Below, piece by piece: positions 8,941-17,415 of a stretch of 44,382 bases of DNA (positions are counted from its first letter, which is position 1; every line of letters starts with the position of its first letter). The notes beneath the pieces were generated by a model that saw only the letters and a list, made by a program, of their open reading frames with translations, had not been told where the DNA came from and searched no databases. Position numbers and translations under genes: made by a program. The DNA comes from Gammaproteobacteria bacterium (GTDB lineage: Bacteria; Pseudomonadota; Gammaproteobacteria; JACCXJ01). The stretch lies in contig JBOIDW010000127.1 of NCBI GenBank assembly GCA_050740655.1, positions 1 through 44,382 of the forward strand. Reading direction: 5' to 3'.

Positions 8941-9714
8941 ATGCATCGAATCACCCAAAAAAAATTACTGCTCACGGCCGTATTCCTGGGTCTGGCCGCA
9001 GGCTTTGCAACCCTGGGCCTGTCGGATTTTCTGACGCTCGACGAGTTTCTATCGCAGCAGGCCCAATTGCATCAGTACTTTGACCGCTACCCGCTGCGCA
9101 CGGCCGCCCTCTTTGTGCTCGTATACATTGCCGCGGCCGGCCTCTCCTTGCCGGGCGGGTTGCTGATGACCATCATCGCTGGCGACCTCTTCGGCCTGTT
9201 CTGGGGCACGCTCATCGTCTCCTTCGCCTCGACGCTCGCCGCCAGCCTCGCCTTCCTCGCCGCACGCTTTCTGCTTCGCGACTACGTGCAGCAACGCTTC
9301 GGCGCGCGTCTCGCGGTCCTCAACACGCATATCGAGCGCGACGGGGCATTCTACCTCTTCAGCCTGCGCCTCCTGCCCATTGCGCCTTTTTTCGTTATCA
9401 ACCTGATGATGGGGGTAACACCGATCCCGACCCAAACCTTTGTCACCGTGAGTCAGGTCGGCATGCTAATCGGCACCGTGGTCTGTGTGCAGGCCGGCAC
9501 CGAGATCGCACGCATCCAATCCCTCAGTGACGTGCTCTCGCCACGGCTCATCGCCTCGCTCACGCTGCTTGCGGCCTTCCCTTTGATTGCGCGCAAGGTC
9601 ACCAGCCTGATCCCGGGCGGTAAGATCAAGGCCGCGCTGCGCGGCTGTAAGATCAAGGCCGCGCTGCGCGCTCGGGCGGTGCGACGTTTTCGCAGCGGGG
9701 AGCCGCGCGACTAG
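8941..9714 (+). CDS. TVP38/TMEM64 (DedA-related, SNARE-associated) family membrane protein
   Basis: Motifs: LPGGLLMTIIAGDLFGLFWGTLIVSFASTLAASLAFLAARFLLRD...FYLFSLRLLPIAPFFVINLMMGVTPI. ATG 8941 (MHRITQKK) is preferred over the upstream arginine-rich extension from 8899. Confidence 0.85.
   Translation: MHRITQKKLLLTAVFLGLAAGFATLGLSDFLTLDEFLSQQAQLHQYFDRYPLRTAALFVLVYIAAAGLSLPGGLLMTIIAGDLFGLFWGTLIVSFASTLAASLAFLAARFLLRDYVQQRFGARLAVLNTHIERDGAFYLFSLRLLPIAPFFVINLMMGVTPIPTQTFVTVSQVGMLIGTVVCVQAGTEIARIQSLSDVLSPRLIASLTLLAAFPLIARKVTSLIPGGKIKAALRGCKIKAALRARAVRRFRSGEPRD
9620..9673 (+). repeat. In-frame 27-bp tandem duplication in the 3' end of the TVP38 gene
   Basis: gtaagatcaaggccgcgctgcgcg occurs at 9620-9643 and again at 9647-9670 with a 27-nt period, encoding GKIKAALRG/CKIKAALRA. 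Confidence 0.9.
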
Positions 9715-9783
9715 CTACCCGCTCGCCCTGGGTCTACTCCGACGACCCTCCCCGATGCGGAAGGGATACAATTAACGCGAGCT

Positions 9784-12180
9784 ATGGCCGCCGCCGGCTT
9801 TCTGGGTCAGCGAATACGACGGACCGCGCTCGCGGTGGTCCTGGCCGCCATCGGCGCGGCATGCGTATTTGCATGGCTGTCACTGCCGCCCGCTAGCGGT
9901 GAGGTCTTTTTGCCTGGGCTTGCGGCCCCGGTCACCATCCAGTTGGATGACTGGGGTGTCCCGACGATAGAGGCCAGGGGCCGCGAGGATGCCTATTTTG
10001 CCCTGGGTTATATGAGCGCCCGCGACCGGCTGTTCCAGATGGACCTATTGCGGCGCAAGGCCGGCGGCCGACTCGCCGAGGTCTTCGGCGCCGGGGCCGT
10101 CCCCAGCGACCGGCAGCAGCGCATCCTCGGCCTGGGCTTGGCGGCACAGCGGATCGCCGCGCAATTGCCTCGCGACCAAGCGCGGGTCCTCGATGCCTAT
10201 GGTGCCGGTGTCAATGCCTATATCGAGACCATGCGCATACCACCCGTCGAGATGCTGCTGGCCGGTTATCGGCTGGAGCCCTGGACGGCGAGCGATAGCA
10301 TGCTGGCCGCGCTCAACATGTTTCAGCTCCTGACGTATTCCGAACCGCAGGAACGCATGCTGAGCGTCATGAGCGAGCGATTGCCGCCGGAGTTGCTCGC
10401 CTTCCTCACGCCGGACAGCGATGAGTATTCCGCGCCCCTGCTGGGCGGACCGGACTCGCATCGCCCGCAACAAGCAATCCCGGTCGCGGCGCTGCGCGCC
10501 GCCCTCCGCTACACGCCCACACCGTCCAGCACCGCCGCGCCCATCGCCGTCGAGCCCCGTCAGATGGCCGCCTCCAATGCCTGGGCGGTGTCCGGCGTCA
10601 AGACCCGCGACGGACGCGCCATCCTCGCCAACGACATGCACCTGCCGCTGTCGGTACCCGACACCTGGTACGCGGCCCGGCTCCACTATGGCGGGCGCCG
10701 CCTGTACGGGCTCGCGCTGCCCGGGATCCCGGCCATCGTGGTGGGCAGCAACGGCAAGGTCGCCTGGGGCTTCACCAATATCAATGCCGACGTCGTCGAC
10801 CTGGTGCGTATCGAGCCGGACCCGCACCGCCCGCAGCGCTATCGCACGCCGCAGGGCTGGATGGATTTCAAGACCCGGCGCGAGCGTATCGCCGTCCGGG
10901 GTCAGGCGCCCATCGAGATCGAGGTCCGCGACACGCGCTGGGGTCCGCTGGCTGAACAGCCCCTGCTCGGCCATGCGGTGGCGATCCGCTGGACCGCCCT
11001 GGACCCCTCGGCGGTCAATCTCGGGATGCTGGATATGGATGCGGCCACCGATGTGGACACCGCGATGGCCGTGATGAATCGCGCCGGCGGACCTCCGCAA
11101 AACGTGGTGATCGCCGATCACCGCGGGCGGATCGGCTGGAGCTACATGGGCAAGATCCCGGTCCGCGAGGGCTACGCGGGCGACGTCGCGCAGTCCTGGG
11201 CCGACGGCAGCAAGGGCTGGCGGGGTTATATCGCCCCCGAGGCCTTACCGCGCATCGTCGATCCCGCCGCGCAGTTTCTCGCCAGCGCCAATCAGCGCAC
11301 GCTGGGCACGGGTTATCCGTACGTCATCGGCCACGACTATGCCAACGATTATCGCGCCTATCGGATCAGCGCCGCGCTGCGCGAGGCGCGTAGCGTCGAC
11401 GAGGCACAAATGCTGGCGTTGCAGCTCGACACGCGCGGCGCACTGTATGATTTCTATCGCGACTTGGCCCTGAACCTCACTGACCGATTCCCCGAGGAGA
11501 GTGCCACGCAAATGCCCGGGGCGAGCGCGGCCCTCCGCCTCTGGAACGGCCGCGCCGATACCCACAGCCTGGGCTTTGGCCTCATCGTGGAATTCCGCCG
11601 GCGGCTCATCAGCGCGGTGCTCGATGCCTATCTCGCCCCCTGCCGCGCGGCCGATCCGCTGTTTAGTTATCGGTGGTTCAAGGTCGATACGCCGCTCAAG
11701 CAACTCCTTGCCGCACGGATACCCGAAACCCTGCCCGATCCCGAGCGACACCAGGACTGGAACCGGTTTCTGTTCTCCGAGCTGGGGCAGGTCTATGCCG
11801 CGCTCAAGAACCGCTTTCCCGGTACGCCGATGGACGCATTACGCTGGGGCGCGGTCAACCGCGTGACGATCGCCCACCCCTACTCGCGGCTCGCGGCGCC
11901 GCTCGGCCTGCTGCTCGACATGCCGAGCGCGGGGCTTGCCGGTTGCCCGCAATGCGTACGCGTAGTCTCCGACCTCCACAGCGCCAGCGAGCGGCTAGTG
12001 ATATCTCCAGGCCACGAGCGTGACGCGATCCTGCACCTGCCGTCCGGCCAGTCTGGACATCCCCTATCCACCCATTATCGGGATCAGCATGCCTATTGGG
12101 TGGCGGGCACACCCATATCCTTCAGTCCACGTCGCGCGGCCAGCACGATGCTGCTCATGCCCGCTCGCGAAAGGCGATGA
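9784..12180 (+). CDS. Penicillin acylase-family Ntn hydrolase (PvdQ / acyl-homoserine-lactone acylase-like)
   Basis: 798 aa with an N-terminal membrane anchor or signal (RRTALAVVLAAIGAACVFAWL). The processing-site nucleophile motif is ...MAASNAWAVSGVKTRDGRAILANDMHL. Length and layout fit the S45/penicillin amidase family. Confidence 0.9.
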   Translation: MAAAGFLGQRIRRTALAVVLAAIGAACVFAWLSLPPASGEVFLPGLAAPVTIQLDDWGVPTIEARGREDAYFALGYMSARDRLFQMDLLRRKAGGRLAEVFGAGAVPSDRQQRILGLGLAAQRIAAQLPRDQARVLDAYGAGVNAYIETMRIPPVEMLLAGYRLEPWTASDSMLAALNMFQLLTYSEPQERMLSVMSERLPPELLAFLTPDSDEYSAPLLGGPDSHRPQQAIPVAALRAALRYTPTPSSTAAPIAVEPRQMAASNAWAVSGVKTRDGRAILANDMHLPLSVPDTWYAARLHYGGRRLYGLALPGIPAIVVGSNGKVAWGFTNINADVVDLVRIEPDPHRPQRYRTPQGWMDFKTRRERIAVRGQAPIEIEVRDTRWGPLAEQPLLGHAVAIRWTALDPSAVNLGMLDMDAATDVDTAMAVMNRAGGPPQNVVIADHRGRIGWSYMGKIPVREGYAGDVAQSWADGSKGWRGYIAPEALPRIVDPAAQFLASANQRTLGTGYPYVIGHDYANDYRAYRISAALREARSVDEAQMLALQLDTRGALYDFYRDLALNLTDRFPEESATQMPGASAALRLWNGRADTHSLGFGLIVEFRRRLISAVLDAYLAPCRAADPLFSYRWFKVDTPLKQLLAARIPETLPDPERHQDWNRFLFSELGQVYAALKNRFPGTPMDALRWGAVNRVTIAHPYSRLAAPLGLLLDMPSAGLAGCPQCVRVVSDLHSASERLVISPGHERDAILHLPSGQSGHPLSTHYRDQHAYWVAGTPISFSPRRAASTMLLMPARERR

Positions 12181-12188
12181 CGCCGGCG

Positions 12189-12206
12189 GTGTGTCGCTCG
12201 ACACAC
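12189..12206. terminator. Hairpin in the 30-nt gap between convergent genes (possible bidirectional terminator, no U-tract)
   Basis: GTGTGT (12189-12194) / loop cgctcg / ACACAC (12201-12206). It is the only structure between the acylase stop (12180) and the thioredoxin-fold gene stop (12211). Confidence 0.3.
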
Positions 12207-12210
12207 GACC

Positions 12211-12777
12211 TTACCCGCCCGCCGCTTTCCGCCATTTAATCGAGCACCCCATACTGGCGATCTGCTCGGCCGGACCGCGCCCGCCGGCGGCGATCTGCAG
12301 CATGGCCTCGTAGAGGTCGCGGCGCGCGTCGGGCGGGGCGGCATCCCGGCGGCTGGCGTCAAGGCGGCCTCGGTACTGCAATTCGAGCTTGGCGTTATAG
12401 CCGAAAAAGTCCGGCGTGCACACCGCGCCGTAGCCGCGCGCCACGGCCTGCGCGGCATCGGATAGATAGGGGAAGGGATAGCGGTACTCGGCTGCCACGC
12501 GCCGCATGTTCTCCAGCGAGTCCTCCGGGTAGTCGGTTGGGTCATTCGGCATGATGGCGACGCTCTTGACGCCGTGGGCCAGCAGCGCCCCGGCGTCGCG
12601 GACCAGCCGTGTCCGGATGGCTTGGACATACGGGCAGTGATTGCAGATAAACAGGACCAAGGTGGCCTTCTCGCCTTGACAGTCGGCGAGCGACCAGTAC
12701 TTACCGTCGACGTCCGGGAGCCTGAAATCGACGGCCGGCGTGCCAAAGCGGCATAGGGGTGTTTCCAAAAGAACCAT
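12211..12777 (-). CDS. Thioredoxin-fold thiol-disulfide oxidoreductase (AhpC/TSA-redoxin-like, CxxC)
   Basis: FICNHCPYVQ active-site-like motif within a redoxin fold (ATLVLFICNHCPY...VAIMPND...). ATG 12777 is preceded by ggag (revcomp of ctcc at about 12784). The longer ORF to 12858 would abut the upstream gene. Confidence 0.85.
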   Translation of the reverse strand: MVLLETPLCRFGTPAVDFRLPDVDGKYWSLADCQGEKATLVLFICNHCPYVQAIRTRLVRDAGALLAHGVKSVAIMPNDPTDYPEDSLENMRRVAAEYRYPFPYLSDAAQAVARGYGAVCTPDFFGYNAKLELQYRGRLDASRRDAAPPDARRDLYEAMLQIAAGGRGPAEQIASMGCSIKWRKAAGG

Positions 12778-12861
12778 GTCGACCTCCAATTTAACCAGAA
12801 GTAGTGCCGGGACATCGTGCTGGCAAGCCAGCGATGACGCCAGCCGCGCCTGAAGCACCGC

Positions 12862-13602
12862 TTAGACCAAGGGAATGGCCTGCTCCAGCAGCCGCAAGAC
12901 CTTGACCATACCGGCCTTGAGGTTGTGCTCGATGGTGTCCATGGTAATCGCCCCGGGGGCGCGCCCTGCGGCCCAGTTCGCGACCACGTTGCAGGCCGCA
13001 TAGCAGACCCCGAGCTCGCGCGCCAGGGCGGCCTCGGGCATGCCGGTCATCCCGACCACGTCGCAACCATCGCGCTCCATGCGATCGATCTCGGCCGCCG
13101 TCTCCAGCCGTGGCCCCTGCGTCGCACCGTAAGTGCCTTCGGGCACGGCCTCGACGTGCGCCCCGGTTGCGGCGCGGACCAATACCTGCCGCAAGGACTC
13201 GCAGTACGGCTGCGTAAAATCGACATGCGTGACCTGTTCCAGGTCACCTTCAAAGAAGGTGTGGGCGCGCGACCACGTGTAATCGATGATCTGATGCGGA
13301 ACGGCGACCCAGCCGGGCGCGTAGCGGGGCGTGATGCCGCCGACGGCGTTGATGGCGATGATATGCCGGATGCCGCTGTCCTTGAGTGCCCAGAGGTTGG
13401 CGCGATAATTCACCTGATGGGGGGGGATGGCATGCGCCACGCCATGCCGCGCCATGAACGCGACCTCTATGCCGCCCAACAGTCCGTGGACGAGCGGACC
13501 GGACGGTTCGCCGTAAGGCGTCTGCGTGACCACCCGGCGCACGATCTCCAGCCCGCTCAAGGTCCGCAGCCCGGTGCCGCCGATGATCGCCAGCCGGGTC
13601 AA
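12862..13602 (-). CDS. MTAP-family purine nucleoside phosphorylase (S-methyl-5'-thioadenosine / S-methyl-5'-thioinosine phosphorylase)
   Basis: MTRLAIIGGTGL...ARHG..H.IPPH.VNYRANLWALK..G...IIAINAVGG...GPRLETAAE. At 246 aa it resembles the short Pseudomonas-type MTI phosphorylases. It has a TTG start at 13602 that overlaps the hpt stop (TTGA). Confidence 0.88.
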   Translation of the reverse strand: MTRLAIIGGTGLRTLSGLEIVRRVVTQTPYGEPSGPLVHGLLGGIEVAFMARHGVAHAIPPHQVNYRANLWALKDSGIRHIIAINAVGGITPRYAPGWVAVPHQIIDYTWSRAHTFFEGDLEQVTHVDFTQPYCESLRQVLVRAATGAHVEAVPEGTYGATQGPRLETAAEIDRMERDGCDVVGMTGMPEAALARELGVCYAACNVVANWAAGRAPGAITMDTIEHNLKAGMVKVLRLLEQAIPLV

Positions 13603-14156
13603 ATTTGCACCGCGTAGATGCCGTTGGCGTTGCGCAGATAGGTCTTGTAGTCCATGCCGCAGCCGAACAGATAGCGATCATCCGTCTCCAAGCCGATGAA
13701 ATCGCCGCTCGTCTGCGGCGCGGGCGGGGCCAATCGTTTCCGGACCAGGACCGCGCTGTAGACCGCAAGTGCGCCTTGCGCATGGCAATCCTCGACGATG
13801 GCGGCGAGCGTCGCGCCGTGGTCCAGCACGTCATCGATCACCAGCACCACGCGCTCGCGCAAGGGGGTCTCCGGCCGTTTGATCCAATGCAATTGGCCGC
13901 CCGAAGTGGCGCCGCGATAGCGGGTCGCGTGCACGTAGTCGAGTTGCAACGGAAAGGCCAGCCGCGGGAGCAGCAACCCGGCCGGGATCACGCCGCCCAC
14001 CATCACGCACAGCACCAGCGGGTTGCGTTCGCTGAGGGCCGCGCTGATCCCGCGCGCCATACGCACCAGCGCCGCTTCGACCTCCTGCGGTCCAAACACC
14101 CGCTCGGCCGCCTGCCATACGCGCGTCGCCTCTTGCACGATACTGCCCTCGCTCAT
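13599..14156 (-). CDS. hpt: Hypoxanthine-guanine phosphoribosyltransferase
   Basis: The 185-aa product starting at ATG 14156 (MSEGSIV...) has the PRPP-binding motif VVLVIDDVLDHGATL and the C-terminal YLFGCGMDYKTYLRNANGIYAV, typical of gammaproteobacterial Hpt. The ORF-track extension to 14528 runs through the upstream gene and is rejected. Confidence 0.88.
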   Translation of the reverse strand: MSEGSIVQEATRVWQAAERVFGPQEVEAALVRMARGISAALSERNPLVLCVMVGGVIPAGLLLPRLAFPLQLDYVHATRYRGATSGGQLHWIKRPETPLRERVVLVIDDVLDHGATLAAIVEDCHAQGALAVYSAVLVRKRLAPPAPQTSGDFIGLETDDRYLFGCGMDYKTYLRNANGIYAVQI

Positions 14157-15031
14157 GCGGCAGTCCGCTCCAGGGCACAGCGTCCGGCCCAGTCGCGCGC
14201 CATCTGCCAGGCCGAACGGCCGCTGCGCGAGCCGTGCAACAGCGCCCAGCGCAAGGCCTCGGCGCGCAGCACCGCAGGGTCGGCGGCCACCGCCCCGAAA
14301 CGCGCCAGCCAATACCCGACGATGTGCAGGTATTGATCTTGATCGAAGGGGTGGAAGGCGAGCCACAGGCCAAAACGCTCGGCGAGCGAGACCTTGGCCT
14401 CGGTGGTCTCGCCGGGATGCAACTCGCCGTCGTGCATGCGCGTCTCCAGGTTTTCGCTCATGTGCTCGGGCACCAGATGGCGCCGGTTCGAGGTGGCGTA
14501 TAGCAGTACGTTGTCCGGTACCGCGCACAAGGAGCCGTCCAGCGCAACCTTGAGTTGTTGGTAGGCCGGATCGGCCGACTCGAAGGACAGGTCATCGCAA
14601 TAAATGATAAACCGCTCGCCACGCTGGTGGAGCCGCTCGTAGAGATCGGGGAGATCGGCCCCCTGCTCGCGGCCGATTTCGATCAACCGCAGGCCTAGTC
14701 CGGTGCAATCATTCAGCAGCGCGCGGATCAGCGAGGACTTGCCGGTACCGCGCGGCCCCCATAATAGTACGTGGTTGGCGGGCAGGCCGGCGAGAAACTG
14801 CCGCGTGTTGCGCACGATCAACTCCTTTTGCCGGTCGATGCACTGCAGATCGGCGAGCCGTACCGAGCCCGTGTGCCGGATGGCTTGAAGATACCCGTGC
14901 GGCCCGCGATGGCGCCAGCGAAAGGCGAGCGCCGCGTCCCAATCGGGCTCGGCCGGGGCCATGGGCAAGGCGCGCTCAATTCGATCCAGGAAGGATTCGA
15001 TGCGCACGAGCAGAGGGTTAGGCTGGGTCAT
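14153..15031 (-). CDS. DUF815-family AAA-type ATPase (P-loop)
   Basis: Walker A LLWGPRGTGKSSL, Walker B-like FIIYCDDLSF, and the DUF815-like context (...RLADLQCIDRQKELIVRNTRQFLAG.PANHVLLWG). Its stop overlaps the hpt start (ATGA, 14153-14156). The start is ATG 15031 or TTG 15061. Confidence 0.85.
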   Translation of the reverse strand: MTQPNPLLVRIESFLDRIERALPMAPAEPDWDAALAFRWRHRGPHGYLQAIRHTGSVRLADLQCIDRQKELIVRNTRQFLAGLPANHVLLWGPRGTGKSSLIRALLNDCTGLGLRLIEIGREQGADLPDLYERLHQRGERFIIYCDDLSFESADPAYQQLKVALDGSLCAVPDNVLLYATSNRRHLVPEHMSENLETRMHDGELHPGETTEAKVSLAERFGLWLAFHPFDQDQYLHIVGYWLARFGAVAADPAVLRAEALRWALLHGSRSGRSAWQMARDWAGRCALERTAA

Positions 15032-15189
15032 GGGGATCGCACTCTGATGTGATGCTTGCAAGGGGACGCCATTATACCCGGACCGGCCTCGGGGCGGACC
15101 GCCGGTACGGAGCGATGCGAGCGTAGTGGGCGCGCAGCGAGGGGTTACCCCGGCGAGCCGGGCGAGCGCATTTGAATGCCCATTGGGCT

Positions 15190-15218
15190 ATTGAAAATAC
15201 CTTCCGACCTGCCTATTA
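15190..15218 (+). promoter_or_regulatory. Sigma70-type promoter for the initiator tRNA / rimP-nusA-infB operon
   Basis: TTGAAA (15190-15195), a 17-nt spacer, then TATTAT (15213-15218). It ends 15 nt upstream of the tRNA 5' end. Confidence 0.6.
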
Positions 15219-15233
15219 TTCCCCGTTCAGTTA

Positions 15234-15310
15234 TTGCGGGGTGGAGCAGTCTGGCAGCTCGTCGGGCTCATAACCCGAAGGTCGCAGGTTCAAATCCTGC
15301 CCCCGCTACC
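15234..15310 (+). tRNA. tRNA-Met (CAU), initiator type (tRNA-fMet)
   Basis: Near-identical to E. coli tRNA-fMet: gcggggtggagcag.ctgg.agctcgtcgggCTCATAAcccgaaggtc...ggttcaaatcc..ccccgc.acca. It has three G:C pairs in the anticodon stem (GGG/CCC), a 1:72 mismatch (U:U here, C:A in E. coli) and an encoded CCA. Its position upstream of rimP-nusA-infB matches E. coli metY. Confidence 0.95.
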
Positions 15311-15319
15311 ACGAGTTTT

Positions 15320-15352
15320 GAAAAAGCCCCGTTTCGCCGGGGCTTTTTGTTT
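15320..15352 (+). terminator. Intrinsic terminator/attenuator between the tRNA and rimP
   Basis: AAAAAGCCCCG (15320-15330) / loop tttcgc / CGGGGCTTTTT (15337-15347), with a T-tract running to 15352. It ends only 12 nt before the rimP ATG. Confidence 0.8.
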
Positions 15353-15363
15353 TCGGTGATGTC

Positions 15364-15858
15364 ATGTTGTGCGATGGGTCGGAGGGGTTGCGGCGTTTGC
15401 TAGAGCCCGTGGTGGTCGGTATGGGATATGAGCTAGTCGGTATCGAGCGTTCCGGTGGACGGCAGCGCGGGCTGCTGCGCGTCTATATAGACCGGATTGA
15501 CCGGGACGGCGGCATCACCCTGGATGACTGCGAACGGGTCAGCCACCAATTGAGCGGGGTACTGGACGTGGAGGACGCGATCCGCGGCGCGTATACCCTG
15601 GAGGTGTCCTCGCCGGGCTTGGACCGGCCGCTGTTTGCGCCGCGGGATTTCGCACGCTTTGTCGGACAGATGGCCAGGATCGATCTGGATCGGCCTATCG
15701 GCGGGCGCCGACGCTTCAGCGGTGTACTGTGCGAGGGTACGGCCGAGACGGTGCGCATCGTCGAGGACGGCGAGGAATACTGCATCCCCTTTGCGGCTAT
15801 CCACAAGGCGCGCCTGGTGCCGCAATTCGCAACTGCGCCGCGCAGGCCGCGCAGTTAG
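15364..15858 (+). CDS. rimP: Ribosome maturation factor RimP
   Basis: Collinear with E. coli RimP: ...PVVVGMGYELVGIE...LRVYID...ITLDDCERVSHQLSGVLDVEDAI.GAYTLEVSSPGLDRPLF. Confidence 0.93.
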   Translation: MLCDGSEGLRRLLEPVVVGMGYELVGIERSGGRQRGLLRVYIDRIDRDGGITLDDCERVSHQLSGVLDVEDAIRGAYTLEVSSPGLDRPLFAPRDFARFVGQMARIDLDRPIGGRRRFSGVLCEGTAETVRIVEDGEEYCIPFAAIHKARLVPQFATAPRRPRS

Positions 15859-15871
15859 GACGGTTCGGCCC

Positions 15872-17407
15872 ATGAACAAGGAAATCTTGACCGTCGTCGA
15901 GGTCGTCTCCAACGAGAAGGGGGTAACCCCGGACATCATCTTCGAGGCCTTGGAGGCAGCCCTGGCGAGCGCTACTACAAAGAGTTTCCGGGAGGACATC
16001 GAGGTGCGCGTGGCCATCGATCGCGCGACCGGCGATTACGCCGCCTTTCGGCGCTGGGAGGTACTGGACGATGCAAGCGCCGCCGCATCGGCCGAGGCTG
16101 AGGGACGCGCGACGCTGCTGGCGTTTCCGGACCGGCAACGGCTGTTGAGCGAGGTACGCAAGACCCGTCCCGAGATCAACGCCGGAGACTTCGTCGAGGA
16201 GCCCATGGAGGCCGCGGCCTTCGGGCGCATCGCCGCCCAGACCGCCAAGCAGGTCATCGTGCAAAAGGTCCGCGAGGCCGAGCGCTTGCGCGTGCTCGAG
16301 GCCTATCAAGGCCGCCGAGGTCAGATGGTGAGCGGCGTCGTCAAGCGGCTGGACCGCGGCAGCGTGATCTTCGATCTGGGCGGCAGCGTGGAGGCCATCA
16401 TCCCGCGCGAGGAGCTGATCCCGCGCGAGGCGATCCGCCCCGGTGATCGGCTACGCGGCTACCTGCGCGAGGTGCGTCCTGAAAAGCGCGGGCCGCAGCT
16501 CTTCGTAAGCCGGACCGCGCCCGAGCTACTCATCGAACTCTTCAAGATCGAAGTGCCCGAGATCGCCGAGGCCCTGATCGAGATCCATGGCGCGGCACGC
16601 GATCCGGGGCTGCGCGCCAAGATTGCAGTGCGCAGCCGCGACCCGCGCATCGATCCGGTCGGCGCCTGCGTCGGCATGCGCGGCTCGCGCGTCCAGGCGG
16701 TATCCAACGAGTTGGCCGGCGAGCGCGTCGATATCATCCCCTGGCATGACAATCCGGCGCAGTTCGTCATCAATGCCATGGCACCCGCCGAAGTGGTCTC
16801 GATCCTGGTGGATGAAGACGCGCATAGCATGGACATCGCGGTGGTGGAGGAACAGCTCTCGCAGGCCATCGGCCGGGGCGGCCAGAACGTCAAGCTGGCC
16901 AGTCAGTTGACCGGCTGGACCTTGAACGTCATGCCGGAGGCCGAGGCCCTGGAAAAGAACGAGGCCGAGGCCAAGCGCATCCAGGGCCTGTTCATGGAGC
17001 ATCTGCTGGTCGACGAGGAGGTCGCCAACATCCTGGTCCAGGAAGGCTTCTCCAGCATCGAGGAGGTGGCCTTCGTCCCGGAGAAGGAGATGCTGGAGAT
17101 CGAGGAGTTCGACGCCGATCTGGTCGCAGAGCTGCGCACTCGCGCCAAGGATTGGCTGTTGACGCGCGCCATTGCCAAGGAGGAGCGTTTGGGTGAGGTA
17201 CGCCCCGGCGAGGACCTGTTTGCCGTAGAGGGGATGGACCGGGAACTGGCCTATACTCTGGCCGAGCATGGGATCTTGACCATGGAGGACCTCGCCGAGC
17301 AATCCGTGGATGAGTTGGTCGAGGTGGGCGGGATCAGCGATGAGCATGCGGCGAAACTCATCATGACGGCGCGCGCGCCCTGGTTCAAGACCGCGGAGAG
17401 CCAATAG
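15872..17407 (+). CDS. nusA: Transcription termination/antitermination factor NusA
   Basis: [18 protein letters not shown]... is the NusA N-terminus, followed by S1, KH and C-terminal acidic repeat regions. ATG 15872 follows the rimP stop by 13 nt. The ORF-track start at 15635 is an upstream read-through. Confidence 0.96.
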   Translation: MNKEILTVVEVVSNEKGVTPDIIFEALEAALASATTKSFREDIEVRVAIDRATGDYAAFRRWEVLDDASAAASAEAEGRATLLAFPDRQRLLSEVRKTRPEINAGDFVEEPMEAAAFGRIAAQTAKQVIVQKVREAERLRVLEAYQGRRGQMVSGVVKRLDRGSVIFDLGGSVEAIIPREELIPREAIRPGDRLRGYLREVRPEKRGPQLFVSRTAPELLIELFKIEVPEIAEALIEIHGAARDPGLRAKIAVRSRDPRIDPVGACVGMRGSRVQAVSNELAGERVDIIPWHDNPAQFVINAMAPAEVVSILVDEDAHSMDIAVVEEQLSQAIGRGGQNVKLASQLTGWTLNVMPEAEALEKNEAEAKRIQGLFMEHLLVDEEVANILVQEGFSSIEEVAFVPEKEMLEIEEFDADLVAELRTRAKDWLLTRAIAKEERLGEVRPGEDLFAVEGMDRELAYTLAEHGILTMEDLAEQSVDELVEVGGISDEHAAKLIMTARAPWFKTAESQ

Positions 17408-17415
17408 CGGATAGC

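Noticed and set aside
10045-11121. 358-aa minus-strand ORF inside the acylase gene, plus the + strand alternative-frame ORF at 10421-11074
   Set aside because: These are shadow ORFs of a well-supported acylase CDS. They have low-complexity Arg/Pro/Gly-rich translations and no start-site signals.
15176-15403. 75-aa ORF spanning the promoter, tRNA and terminator
   Set aside because: It is entirely explained by the tRNA-fMet gene and its flanking signals, so it is a spurious translation.
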